Below are positions 12,802-26,124 of a DNA stretch of 64,000 nt, one piece after another (the stretch's first letter is position 1; each line of letters starts with the position of its first letter). Source of the stretch: Macrostomum lignano (Eukaryota); the NCBI GenBank assembly GCA_002269645.1, contig NIVC01000298.1, positions 142,971-206,970 on the forward strand, written 5' to 3'. Position numbers and translations under genes: made by a program. The notes under the pieces were generated by a model that saw nothing but the letters and a program-made list of their open reading frames with translations, had not been told where the DNA came from and searched no databases.

Positions 12802-13443
12802 ATGCAGTGGTGTATTAAAATGGTCGTTTGGATTTGGAAATTGGTCGTTGCATGTACACTTGGTGGAACTGTCGCCGCTACCATTGCTCAGGCTCTATGC
12901 GAGCCTCCAACATATCGGAATGACGAGACAGGGCAGCAAGACACTTGCCTTAAGGCGTGTTACAATCCTAAACACGCTCACCTGCTGTCCGACCCAGCGT
13001 ACTATGAGGCATGCTATGCGCTTTGGAAGAAAGGCTATTGTCGAATGGATCAACGATTTGCCACGGACTGTATCGACACTACCCTCAGTGTAACAGAAAG
13101 TTTAACAACTGCAGACAGAGTTTGTCCGCCCTGTCCAGAACCGACTCCAACGATTTATTCTGTTAATGAGCTAATAAACATGTATAATAATAATACAAAG
13201 TCTGCTTATAGTTGTGTGAAATCGTTGATTTCGTTAATTGTTTGTGTCTGCGTGATGCTACTACCAGCTGTGTACGGAGTAAAACACTTCTATCAGCACC
13301 ATGGTCACAAGTTTGGAAAACGCGATATTGGTGGTAAGATTACAAAATTATGCAACTATATTTTAACCTATTTGCAAAAGGTTATACATTTATTAATTAA
13401 ATCTATTGATGGTATCCGATTATCCGGGCACTTCGTTTCTTAG
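12802..13443 (+). CDS. Cys-rich single-pass membrane protein, divergent member (type D) of the TNFR-like cluster
   Basis: Hydrophobic N-terminus; CEPPTYRN...C-x3-C-x17-C-x8-C; TM LISLIVCVCVMLLPAVYGV. Shares PTY.N, AH.L and C..LW..G.C with the 15135 gene. Confidence 0.75.
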   Translation: MQWCIKMVVWIWKLVVACTLGGTVAATIAQALCEPPTYRNDETGQQDTCLKACYNPKHAHLLSDPAYYEACYALWKKGYCRMDQRFATDCIDTTLSVTESLTTADRVCPPCPEPTPTIYSVNELINMYNNNTKSAYSCVKSLISLIVCVCVMLLPAVYGVKHFYQHHGHKFGKRDIGGKITKLCNYILTYLQKVIHLLIKSIDGIRLSGHFVS

Positions 13444-15134
13444 AATGAATTTTAAAGGCTGACTTGCTTTACGCCGAAAAGTATACTATCATCTCTTTAA
13501 GACAACAATCGCTATAGTGTTTTTTATGAAAAGCAGATTGAATGCTGATCTCCTATCCTAACCCAAAGCAAGCCTACAAAGCTCTTCTTAAAGGAACGAG
13601 TTGTAAGCATCCTTAATCTTACCTTGATAGGAAAAGTCGCAATTATATTTACTGTTTTCATCCGGGATTTCTGTTAGAAATTGAGGTGCCTTGGGACTTA
13701 GAAGACTTCCTAATATAATAACTTCCTAATATGCTAAATTACCAGCTCCCGCAGAGCAGCGAGAGATGCAAAATTCGTCACCTGGTCCCGACGACTCGCA
13801 GGCAGATGAGAACGGTAAAGACGCAAAGCCAACAGACCCTCTGCGCGGAAACCGGGCTCCTTCGTCAACGCACGACTTTTCGTCCTGTTCAACCGTGAAC
13901 AATTGATTTTTTCTTGGACGTTTAAACTAGATAATGCTGCACTGTTACTAGGGTGCGGTTTCTAGGCAAAGTTTATTAGTCGACATGGAGAGTTAGTAAT
14001 TTGTAAACAAAAAGGCGCTAAATACTTGCGTCTCGGAAGCGATATCGTTCCACAAAAACAGCGCTTACGGCAATTCTGTCCATTCCGCTGACTCCTGAGC
14101 ACATACAAGCGTGCCAATACTGTACGCAGGCGCGCATTCATGCACACGCTCACACAGGGTGTACAGCTGCCCTGACTCAGGCATCGTCAGGCATGTGCAC
14201 TCTCTGTGCTTTGGGGTTGGCCCCATAGCTTGTGAATCGCACGGCAACCCGTTTGGGCCATTGTTTAGTGCACACAAGCCCCATCTAACCAACTAAGCGG
14301 CATCATGTTCAAACTTTGTTATAGTCATCAATGTTTGCCTTATACAGTTATACGCAATGTTTTCCCACAGTTGCATATCGTACTTTTCAATTCTCATGTA
14401 CTATATTTGTATTTATTACTTTTATATTGGTAAAAATAAAAAATATAACGCGAAATATTTATGAGCATCTGTCACTAGAGATAGGTTAGCACTTGGTTCT
14501 TTATTGAAAAGACAGACAAACATCGCGTCAGTTTTAGTATTAGTAGAGGCTTATTGAAAAGCCATAGACACAAACAAATTTCTAACGTCCTGAGTTGCTA
14601 AGCAGTCCTTGTACACATTTTCTTTCAAAACTTTGTTTTGCTCCGCTTTTGCAGTGCTTTTGGCTTATACTTTGCTGCTCATAGTTGTGATAACAACTGC
14701 CAATTGTTTTATACGTACTAAGTTTTCAACAAATTAATTTAGTGAAATAAATGAAGCACATGTGTGTTATTTTTATAAGTACGTATTTGATCTTGTCTTT
14801 TCATTTTTTGCCCCATAACTATAGATATCAAGCTATCATAAGTATGAAGTTTTTTTCCTAACAGAGCTACAATCTAAATACATTCGAGCTAGCTAGGATC
14901 CAAGTTAGAAGTCAGTTATAAATTGTTAAAGAACACAATTTATGAAGCAACCCCAAGTGTGGCCCAACCTGTCTTAGCTCTGTAGACTTTCAATTTTTCG
15001 TGTCCATTTTGTAAAATTGCATGACAATAGCCGAAATTAATATTTTGGTAATGTTTTACATGTCAAACTCCACTGCTTCTTTCAGCCCAGCGCAGCAAAC
15101 CACAGAACAACCGCAACCTAAATCTGAGCTAAAA

Positions 15135-15941
15135 ATGCGTATCATAAGCTACGCATATGAATGCATTGTCGCTGCACAGTTGGTCGCCTTCTGCCAAGCC
15201 CGAGTGCCGACTGTTCCTACGTACTGGAACAACAACGCTAAACAGAATAGTCACTGTCCACGCGTGTGCTTCGACTGCAGTCAAGCGCACCGATTGATGG
15301 AGAAATTTTGGGGCTGGAAGTGCCAACAACTCTGGAATCAAGGCGTGTGTCGTCTTCCCAACTGTTCCACTTTGGCTGGCTCGCGAGATGCTGAGACGGC
15401 TTCATCATCTCATAATTCCAACAGTAGCGCCAAGCAGCCTGGCAATGCATCTCATGTGAACACTGGTGTCGCGTGTAACTGCAACTGTCCCTCAGATTCC
15501 CGGCAAAGAAGCAACACCTCATCACTAATTGGTAAATCAGTGACTGAGGCGCCAAATCTCGCTGAGAATGCGCCACGTAGCGGCTCCGACATCAGTGGTG
15601 TTGCTGTGAGCAATAAGCCTAGCTGTGGAGAATCTCTGCAACCCAATGCCACCACTGAAGGATCAAATATTGATGCGGCTGGAAAAGTAGATCCTTGGCC
15701 AATCGTCTGGGTTTTAGCTGTACTTTTATTGGTCTGCGTGATCGTCCTATCCTGTGTTATTTACAAACAGTGCAAAAATGCTCGCACTGCAGTTAAATCC
15801 AGTGCAGACAGGCAATGCAAGTTTAATAAAGGCGAAAGTTGTGTAAGCCAGTTGCTGACCAAGGACGAGCAGACAGCTGCCCATACAGATGCCGATGATT
15901 CCGCTGTCTTTATTGATGGCGAAGAATCTCAATCCAGCTAA
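15135..15941 (+). CDS. TNFR-like receptor paralog (type D domain, stalk X+Y, tail T1)
   Basis: Signal-like MRIISYAYECIVAAQLVAFCQA; Cys cluster; stalk and DPWPIVW TM/tail clearly homologous to the 24200 and 34534 genes. Start chosen downstream of TTTCAG rather than the ORF-track start at 15021. Confidence 0.8.
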   Translation: MRIISYAYECIVAAQLVAFCQARVPTVPTYWNNNAKQNSHCPRVCFDCSQAHRLMEKFWGWKCQQLWNQGVCRLPNCSTLAGSRDAETASSSHNSNSSAKQPGNASHVNTGVACNCNCPSDSRQRSNTSSLIGKSVTEAPNLAENAPRSGSDISGVAVSNKPSCGESLQPNATTEGSNIDAAGKVDPWPIVWVLAVLLLVCVIVLSCVIYKQCKNARTAVKSSADRQCKFNKGESCVSQLLTKDEQTAAHTDADDSAVFIDGEESQSS

Positions 15942-17674
15942 CTTTGATTGTGACAGCCTAACATTTTATCAATTACTTATTACTTCATCATAGTAATAAG
16001 TATTAAGTATAAATACTTATTATAATTATACTTATAGTATATAGTATATATAGTATAGTATATATATAGTATATATAGTATATATACTTATTATAAATAC
16101 ATAGTAATAAGTATAAATTGGCAATGGAAGTAGTTGGCATTAGAAGTAATTTACCTTTATATTCGTTATTTTAACTATTGCTTGCTAATATATATATTTA
16201 TGATTCTTTTTTAGCTATTATGGATTTTTTGTTTGCAATTTACCGATATTATTTCTGTTAGTAACATGGCAATGTTAATGATTATTGTTTTGCTTGCCCC
16301 GAATTTACATAAGCGTATTTCCTTACATTTTTACTATGAGTAGTGCAGTTAGTCATTTCAGTTATAATTTTCCTGCTTGAAGTTTTCTAATATAATTACT
16401 ACTGTGAGTAAAGGAGAATTTTAAAATGTGGAATTTGTCATCATTTGCTCCGAATTTTCTGATGTTTGATTACTGTATAGCATTGTTATTTTTATGATCG
16501 CTTTTTGATACACTGGAACTAGCTAACGAAAATTTGCACATTGAAATTTGTAGCTCGTATTATAAAATGCATTCCCATAACTGGCATTTTAGTCTATGGC
16601 TTCTTACTGGCACTATTTTCATAACTCATTAAATCTTTTATTTATATTTTTGTGTGCTGCTTTAGTAGCTTTCAATACTGTAATAGATAAACTATTTGCT
16701 ATATCCAGCTGAAGTTAGACAGTTGTCTTTCTTACCGACAGTTTACTACACAATATTACTCATTTTAACCTGCTTTGCAATCCGTGCGTTTGTGTGCCTT
16801 TGTTTTAAATAACTAGGCTTTCCAACTCGATAAAGTCCAATTTGCTTTTGTTTTATTGCTTAGAAATATATCCTAATAGCACTTTTATTACATGATTTCA
16901 GCAAGAAGAAATTGCTTGATAGAATGGATTGCTAATATAATCTATTCCCTCAGATACTTTCAATTATATTTTTATTCTAAAACTATAAAGAGGTTGTCGT
17001 CTCTGCAATTCACTAGTACATGTAGTTATTTTTTAATTAGTACGGTATATAACCTCCTTTGTGTCTTTATTGTTTTTTTCTGCGTAAAATAAATGAAATA
17101 AAGTAGCATATTTAGTGAATAAGTAATACATTTTAATCAAAATTCTTTCTAACAATTACCTACGATATTATTATTAAAGTTAAGCACTTCAAAGATTAAA
17201 TAACTACGTTTTCTGTGTGCAACTGCCTTATGATGTCATTCCCATTTTTTGACATACTGACACCAACGACTTTTTGTTTACTATTTTACAATTCATAGTG
17301 TTTTGAATAATTCTTACTCTGAAAACAAGTATTGCAAAAAATGATACTTATCAATAATGAACAAATATATCTATCTAGTCCTGCATGAACAGCAACCATA
17401 TTTTTCATTTACTATCATTCGTGATGTGTTTATTTATTAAATTCGACTGACCTTCAAATTTTAAATCAACTATATAGGAATTTGTGAAATCTTTAGTGCG
17501 AGCTACTCTACCAGAATTATATTTTGACATTAGTGCAGGAAGCTGAAGATAATTCTTAGCGGGCGTGGAAAAAAGAAAGACAGACAAACAGACACGGACG
17601 GACGGACAGGCAGACACCGGAAGCAATCATTGATAACATTCTCCATACAATTTCAGATATACGAGTAAAACGCC

Positions 17675-17851
17675 ATGCGGTTGGCAATATTAGTCACACT
17701 GGCGCTGGTGCTGCCGAGGCTGGCAGGTCCACTGCCTGCCTGTCCGCCTGGCCACTACCGCGACAGAGAGGGCGCTATGGATTGCAAGAATTGCCCCAGT
17801 CCAGCGCAGTGCCAATGCCAGCACAATTGTAAGCATGTACACTGTCGATAG
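17675..17851 (+). pseudogene. Truncated type-A paralog (58 aa; [30 protein letters not shown]...), cut off by inserted DNA carrying a MULE
   Basis: Hand translation (below the ORF-track cutoff). Signal peptide plus LPACPPG.Y..C..CPS...C matches the 21348 and 31850 genes; homology is lost at about 17815. Confidence 0.85.
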
Positions 17852-17915
17852 ATACTGCGACTTAGATAAATAAGACAACCTCTGTCTCAGTCGCAGTTGG
17901 AGTGTTTGAAACGCA

Positions 17916-18488
17916 ATGGAGCCAATCGAAGGGAAAAGAATCGGCTCAGTAGGCTATACGCACGGCGTCTGCATTTATCAGAAAGATAGAGTTAGAAATG
18001 GGACAGTCAGCTATCGCTGCACTAACAAGAACTGTCCGGGACGCGCCGTCGAGAAGGATGGTGTGCTGAGACTCATCGCGCACAACCACGACGGTGATTC
18101 AAAGGAGAAGGAAATACTTCGGCTACGAGCCAATTTGAAGCGGAAGGCCGGTGAGAGCAGTTCATCCCTTCGTGATCTGTTCGACCGAGAGACACAGGCC
18201 AGCTCCGTCGGCAATCGGATCGGATTTGCTGAAGTGGAGTCGTCGATGTATCGACAAAGAAGATGCCTGCTGCCACCTCTTCCAAAAGCAGCTGTCGACG
18301 CGTATGCAGCAATATGCGATGCTCCAGACCGCTTCAGGTGCGTCAACAGCGTCATCATTATTCAGGGTGGTGTATCATCTGCTGATGACGGCCATGGACT
18401 CATCTTTGCTCACCCTGACATGCTGAGTCGTCTGAGTCAGGCTACATTCAGAACCGTGCCTAATATCTTCTGGTCGAAAGGATTTTAA
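17916..18488 (+). mobile_element. MULE (Mutator-like) transposase fragment with FLYWCH-like zinc finger
   Basis: YRC...CPGRA...HNH. This copy lacks the 21 nt encoding CWHMDGT (first catalytic Asp) that is present in the 37 kb copy. Confidence 0.8.
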
Positions 18489-18549
18489 TTCGATTTCATT
18501 CGTACAAATACAATCGACTACTTTGTGACAGACGATGGAGCAACTTGAC

Positions 18550-18780
18550 TGCGCGCTTTTGCAACACAGAGCCAGAAGTGCGCGCTTGTGCCAAACTCTG
18601 ACAGCGCGCTTATGCCAGTGCGGTCTTGTGATGGTGCGCGCTTATGCCAATGCTGAGCACTTTCTACCGCGCTCTTGTGCAAGTCAAAACGTGCGCGCTT
18701 ATGCCTCTGCGCGCCTGTGCCAGACTTTGACATAAAATACACAGGCGCGCTTGTGCCGGTGCGCGCTTATGATGGCGACT
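18550..18780. repeat. Clustered GCGCGCTT(A/G)TGCC repeats with hairpin GCGCGCCTGTG...CACAGGCGCGC
   Basis: Directly visible; also at about 37700-37945, where one unit is duplicated. Confidence 0.75.
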
Positions 18781-18981
18781 CACCGCGGCGACTCTGGCAA
18801 AGCCTGGGAAGCCAGGTGTGATAGGGCTTCCATTAAGTCTGCTTGCGCAGATTTTTGGAAAAATGAAGTTACGACTCAAAAAATGATGGAGCTGCATTGA
18901 TAAAAAATTTATTTCTTGGACGATCGCTGGCGTTTTATTCCTGTTTGTTATGTTTAAAAACATTTAAGCATCAAAAACCGC

Positions 18982-19937
18982 TAATGGTCATTCTAAAAGT
19001 TCGTGCAATTAAGTTTTAACAAATTTCAGTAAAATCGCCCAGACAGACTAAATAATGTAAAAGAATTGAAGTGCTCGTGCGAGCCCAACTTGAAATTGCA
19101 AAACGCAGATTGGCTGTCCCGTATCTCCGCTGAGCCCCGCACCAGGCCTGTGGTGCTGAGGTGGAGCAGGGGTGAGGAGATGAGGTTAGTTGTCTGCTAC
19201 TTGTTCACCATGTGCCTGATGGTCTGACTGTCAACTAACACTGCTACAGGTGCTTCATCATCCAGCATCTTCGCCCTGCACTGCTCAAAAAGCGCCAAAA
19301 GATCCTTGACGATGGCATTCTCCTTCTGCACAACAATGCCAGCCCCCTCACCAGCAAGATTGTGCAGGAGTTGCAATTAATTAGGTCCTACCCAAGGAGG
19401 CAGGCAAAAGCTGCCCCACCCACCGTACTCACCTGACATGATCGTCCCTGTGACTACGAACTTTTTCCGAAGATGTATACTTCTTCTGTGTCGCCACTTT
19501 TGAGAGTGCAGGTGTAAAGTCTCTCAATCTTTGCGAGTGACGCAAATCAGCTACGCCACGGCAGACTTGAGTTGAGGAATGAGTGGAGGAGCGGTGTGCG
19601 AGGGTTGGACGGATTAAAGCTACCCCGATCAGGTTTCTCGTATCTTTTATTTCAGAATAGTCCAAGAGAAACTGCTCACTGGAGCACATAGAGTGGCGAC
19701 TTTTCAATGTTGCTGAGTATAGAATCGTCCTCGTTTTGACTGCTTAGACAAGCTGATTGCAGAGATAGTCCGTCTATTGAAACAACTTGGTGACTTTAGG
19801 GGCTATTAACGGAATTTAGAAGCTTCCAGACCAATGGCAAAGTGTCATTGCATCCAGTGAATACTTTTGAAACACAAACTTTTCATTCACTTGTTAGCAC
19901 TTAAATTCGATTGCACGAACTTTTGCAATGGCCCTAA
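18982..19937 (+). mobile_element. Internally deleted mariner element with a nested MITE (19478-19719)
   Basis: Imperfect TIRs (..AAAAGTTCGTGCAAT / ATTGCACGAACTTTT..). Degenerate translation TVN..Y..L.PAL.KKR...ILLLHNNASP...LPHPPYSPDM/PCDY.LFPKM, then after the MITE GI.KLPDQWQSVI...EYF. Confidence 0.85.
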
Positions 19938-20582
19938 GACCAATATACAGCAATGAACTGTACAATTTTTTATATAAGTAATTAACAATTTACAACAGCA
20001 ATTAAGCATTCTCCTAACAGTTATTATTTTTATTATTATTAGCTGTTAACAGTTATTTTAAGTAATTAATTAATTATTATAATTCAATTTGGCCTTTTTC
20101 CCATAGTTTATATTGTTCCCTTGCCAACAGTAGTATTTAATATATTTGATAATCACAATATACAAAATCCCTAAGATCCTCATTACTAACTGCAATACGT
20201 AGAGTAGACATTTTGGATATTTTGTTTTGATACATTTTTATCGTATATTTTCCTACTTATTTATGTGCTTTAGTACTCGTATTTTTACTAGCTATTTTTA
20301 GATTCCAAGTAAACCCCTATGTGAATATGTGCGAGCGTAAATTGCCTCTTCTTTTAGTTATAGCTATTATTAACATCGTACTTTTACTCCTTCGTAATTT
20401 GTAAGTAAAACAGGTTTTATTCTATTAGATAAATGCTATTTGAAACTTTTATTTATTTTTTAATTCTGATTTATTGCTTTCAAAGATAGAAGTTTCATCT
20501 GCTGATTGTAGGAAATGACAAACAAAATCACAGATAACCAAATTCATTCCCTTAGATACAAATCAGAACAGAATGGATTGCT

Positions 20583-20674
20583 GACAGACAGACAGACAGA
20601 CAGACAGACACTAAGAAGACAGACAGACAGACAGACAGACAGACACTAAGAAGACAGACAGACAGACACTAAGA

Positions 20675-20727
<53 letters not shown>

Positions 20728-20756
20728 CTAAGAAGACAGACAGACAGACACTAAGA

Positions 20757-20801
<45 letters not shown>

Positions 20802-20830
20802 CTAAGAAGACAGACAGACAGACAATAAGA

Positions 20831-20867
<37 letters not shown>

Positions 20868-20896
20868 CTAAGAAGACAGACAGACAGACACTAAGA

Positions 20897-20981
<85 letters not shown>

Positions 20982-21010
20982 CTAAGAAGACAGACAGACA
21001 GACACTAAGA

Positions 21011-21051
<41 letters not shown>

Positions 21052-21080
21052 CTAAGAAGACAGACAGACAGACAATAAGA

Positions 21081-21113
<33 letters not shown>

Positions 21114-21142
21114 CTAAGAAGACAGACAGACAGACAATAAGA

Positions 21143-21179
<37 letters not shown>

Positions 21180-21185
21180 CTAAGA

Positions 21186-21273
<88 letters not shown>

Positions 21274-21296
21274 GGAAAGACAGACAGACAGACACA
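20583..21296. repeat. (GACA)n microsatellite with CTAAGAA interruptions
   Basis: Directly visible; ends about 50 bp before ATG 21348. Confidence 0.97.
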
Positions 21297-21347
21297 GGAA
21301 ACAAGCATTCATAGACAGTCTCCATCAAATTTTAGCCACCCACCGCA

Positions 21348-21845
21348 ATGCATCTGGCGCTTTCAACAACATTGGCGCTGGTGTCGCCCATGCTGGCGGC
21401 TCCCCTGCCTGCCTGCCCCCCTGGCCAGTATCGGGACAGCGAGGGAGCCAGCAATTGCAAGGACTGCCCAAGTTTATCGAAGTGCCGCGGCGACTTTGGC
21501 AGAGCCTGGGCAGCCAGGTGCGACAGGCCGTTGATTAAGTCCGCTTGCTCAGATTATTGGTCGTCAGGTAGCAGCTCCGACATCAGTGATGTTGCTGTGA
21601 GCAGTAATTCTGGCTCTGCAGAAGCGGGCGAGTCTCTGCAAAGCATGAATGCCATCACTCGAGCTGCTGGGACGGCTTCCAACAGTAGCGCCAAACTAGC
21701 TGGCGATGCCTCTGATATGACTACGGGTGTCGCATGTGATTGCAACTGTGAAAATGTTCTGCCATATCAGATTGCCATCGCCATCCTTGCCATCATCGGG
21801 CCAGGGTTTTTATTGCACAAACTTTATAAATATGTTCGCAATTGA
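21348..21845 (+). CDS. TNFR-like paralog (type A, stalk Y+X, TM T2) with a stop right after the TM
   Basis: Signal peptide; C-x13-C-x2-C-x5-C-x11-C-x8-C; TM QIAIAILAIIGPGFLL. TGA at 21843 aligns with AGA in the 43502 gene, and a homologous tail continues in frame to 21980. Confidence 0.85.
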   Translation: MHLALSTTLALVSPMLAAPLPACPPGQYRDSEGASNCKDCPSLSKCRGDFGRAWAARCDRPLIKSACSDYWSSGSSSDISDVAVSSNSGSAEAGESLQSMNAITRAAGTASNSSAKLAGDASDMTTGVACDCNCENVLPYQIAIAILAIIGPGFLLHKLYKYVRN

Positions 21846-22429
21846 ATAAAGAACAGACAGAAATCTACGGCGAATAATGAAAATGGCAATTATGACGACG
21901 AGAATGGACTGCTTATGCAGGAGCGGCAGTCACCAAATTCTGCTAAAAGTGGTGGCACTCGAAGTGGTAAACGAAACAAAGTAAGTGAAAAAAAATTCTT
22001 GATTAAAGCTGCCCTGAATGTCTTCTATACATGTAGTTGAAAACGTTTCTTCGCTAAAATTCTCAAGTTTTAAGGTATGCTAGCGAATCATTTATCCAAG
22101 TGTGGGATCTCCTTGTATGATTAATCTCTGCATGTGGGGTCTCTGTAGAGTGTGATTCTTAGGGTGTGGTATCTCCCTTTTTCAAGCTGTGAAAGTCTTT
22201 CTCCAGCACAGCATTGCGCACAAAAAAATTTTTTTTCAGCGTCGGAACTCGTAAAACGAATTAAAATAAAAAACCTTTTTTCAGCGTCGGAACTCGTAAA
22301 ACGAATTAAAATAAAAAAACCGTTGAAGTTTGGATTGGATCGGCCAGCTGGTTGATCACCGATTCTACTTGACTCTGACAGTGACTATTTTTAATTGTGC
22401 TATAACTTTTTTTTAGTTATGTAACGTTC

Positions 22430-22980
22430 TGGCTTAGGCGCATTAGCGCTTGTATCAGCAGAGTCAGCGGAATGGGTAGAATTTCGCATTGCTTGATAAT
22501 TGCATAACAATTTATCCATCCGTGCTGAGTTGTTACGTATATATTGGTAGCCAACTCATATTTTATTAGTTTGCGAATTCAATATTTTTTAGATTCTCCT
22601 TCCTGTCTTTCTGAAGCTTAAGAGCTCTGCCATTTTTGTGATATAATATTCAATACAGTACTATAGATTGGTTTCTTCAGTAGTATAACTCTGCGTATCT
22701 GGAATTTTATCTTTCTCAAATTTTGCAGAGTTATCTGCGATGCACACACAGCATGCTGTTTCAGAATTTTTAACTAATAATGGCAGAAAAACTATAATGC
22801 CAAAATTCTACCTACGCCTTTTATTTATTTTATTCTTTACATTCTCAAAGCAAATATGTCTTTGACAAGTCGTAATCGTTAAAACAAAACTTCTCTCTGA
22901 TCGTTTTTATTAGTTATTGATTTTCTTTAGAAGAAAAATACCGCGTCTCATTTGGGGCATGCTGTGGTTAATACAGGCAA
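22430..22980. repeat. Unclassified ~550-bp dispersed repeat (also about 45470-46080 and 47610-48050; a short part at about 14065-14160, inverted)
   Basis: Shared blocks such as GCAGAAAAAC..AATGCCAAAATTC and CACACAGCAT. The three main copies are each followed by a GACA tract. Confidence 0.7.
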
Positions 22981-22982
22981 CA

Positions 22983-23790
<808 letters not shown>

Positions 23791-24199
23791 TTCTTACTGA
23801 CCTTCACCAAAGCTCATTCAATCGTTTATTCATATTTTTGTCTTACTTTAGTACTTTTAAAGTCTATCGATTAACTACTTGCTATATCCAGCTGAAGTTA
23901 GACAGTTGTCCTTCTTACCAACAGTTTGATACACATAATTACTCATTTTAACCTGTTTTTCAATCCGTGCGTTTGTGTGCCTTTGTTTTAAATAACTAAG
24001 CTTTCCAACTCGATAAAGTCCGATTTGTTTTTGTTTTATTGCTTAGAAATATAGCACATGATTTAGCAATAATAAAAACGTTTGATGGAGTGGATTGCTA
24101 ATCTATTCCCTTTGATACAAAGCAGAATAGAATGGATTGCTAATCTATTCAATTCTACATATAATTTCAGTGACTTCACCAATCTTGCTACAGATCAAG

Positions 24200-24969
24200 A
24201 TGTCGTTAAAAATAATTCAGGCATGCCATGTCTCACTGCCGGGCTGCCGTCAAAAAACTGCCCACTGGGCACCTATCACAATAAGGGCGCTACTGACAAC
24301 TGTGATAAATGCCCAACATGGCAGCAGTGCATCGGAGAACATAAATTTTGGCGAGCTCAGTGCGAGCAGGAGATTATTAGAGCTGGCTGTCAGGAATTTT
24401 GGAACCAGTCTCGAGATGCTGAGACGGCTTCATCAGCTCATAATTTCAACAGTAGCGCCAAGCTGCCAGGCAATGCCTCTGATGTGAATACAGGTGCCGC
24501 ATGTGATTGCAAGTGCAACTGTCCATCAGATTCCTGGCGAAGAAGAAACGCCTCATCACTAATTGGTAAATCAGTGACTGAAGCGCCAAATCTCGCTGAG
24601 AATGCGCCAGGTAGCAGCTCGGACATTGGTGGTGTTGCTGTGAGCAATAATTCTAGCTCTGCAGAATCTCTGCAACCCAATACCACCGAAGGATCAAAGA
24701 ATGGTGCAGCCTGCCAGGATAGCAGAGTAGATCCTTGGACAATCGTTTTAGCTGTCCTTTTATTCATTTCCTTAATCGCTATTGCCGTCCTATCGTGTGT
24801 TATTTACAAACTGTGCAAAAATGCTCGAACTGCAGTTGAATCCAGTGCAGACAAGCAATGCAAGTTTATTAAAGGCGAAAATTCTTTCAGCCAGTTACTG
24901 ACGAAGGACGAGCAGACAGCTGGCCCCACAGATACCGATGGTGCTGACAAAGAATCTCTATCCAAATAA
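24200..24969 (+). pseudogene. TNFR-like paralog (type B, X+Y, T1) with a frameshifted signal peptide
   Basis: ATG 24200 gives MSLKIIQ, then a 19-nt deletion relative to 43502. The rest (CPLGTYHNK...DPWTIVL...) is open to 24969. Confidence 0.75.
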
Positions 24970-26124
24970 CTTTGATTGTGACAGCCAAACTACTTAATAA
25001 CTTGACCTAATATTCGATATCGTAGCTTGTGCTTGTTAATACATTTTATAATTGTTTTTAGCAAGTATGGATTTCGTGCTTACAAGTTTCCGATATATTA
25101 TTACTGTTAGTAATATGGCAATATTTATTATTGTTTGCTTGCCCCGAATTACAATAAGCTGAATTCCTTACATTTTTACTATAAGTAGTGCAGTTAGTCA
25201 TTCTCTGTTACGAATTTCCCCTGTTTTTACTTTTCTAATATTTGCTACTATTTTTAAAGAATACAACAGTAATTAAATAGTGGAATTTCTGTCATAATCT
25301 GCCTAGAGTTTTTTATCTATGTGCACTATTATTTTATTGGACTTTGACACACTTACGCGCATACGTACACTATATTTTTTTGTATTATTTACTGCATTCT
25401 CTAACTGGCATTTTAACATATAGCTCTTTCTGGCGCTATTTTTTAGCTCATTCAATCTTGTATTAGTGTAGCTTTCAATCCTATCAAGATCAACAAATTA
25501 TTTTATCCAGCTGAAATTTTATTACAATTTTTTTACTTGTTTTGCAATCTGCGAATTTGCGTGCGGGTGTTTCGGTGCCTTTGTTTTAATTAACTAAGCT
25601 TTCCAACTCTTGATGAAAACCGACTTGTTTTTGTTTTATTGATTAGAAACATATATCACATGATTTTAGCAATAAAATAAATTGCTTGATAGGGTGGATT
25701 GCTAATCTATTCCATAGATACTTTCAATCAATTCTATATTTATTCTTAAAACTACAGAGGTTGTCGTACACAATTCACAAGTGCATGTAGTTATTATTTT
25801 TTATTAGTCCGATAAATAATGTCTTTTTGTGTCTTTATTGTTCTTTGGCGGCGGTAGACAACTGACTGACAACGTATTTTGTTGTTGTTGTTTACTAATA
25901 TACCAGTAGCAGTACAAATGTACAAATATATCTATTAAGTCCAGCAAATGCATATATAATCTTTTCATCATTCGTAATCTGAATATTTATGCGTTTATTA
26001 TTCAACGTGATTGACCTTGGGAGTTTTAAATTAGCCTATTTAAAACTTTAGAATTCGAATTTTTTATGAAATCTTTAGTGCAGGAATCTGTAAGACCCAC
26101 GGTAAAATGTCCTCTTATTAAGGA

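Larger units (their letters stand above)
16290..20582. repeat. Segmental duplication copy 1 (partner about 35390-39686)
   Basis: Collinear, highly similar 3' flank, truncated paralog, MULE, mariner and AT-rich spacer in both copies. Confidence 0.9.

Noticed and set aside
17854-17896. 13-bp stem (ACTGCGACTTAGA / TCTCAGTCGCAGT) upstream of the MULE ORF
   Set aside because: Real but isolated; I could not tie it to a TIR or a defined element end.
22560-22900. Minus-strand degenerate translation faintly like the Tigger/pogo ADETGL.Y motif (also near 45.7 kb)
   Set aside because: Too many stops and frameshifts, and the three copies do not give a consistent motif; kept only as an unclassified repeat.
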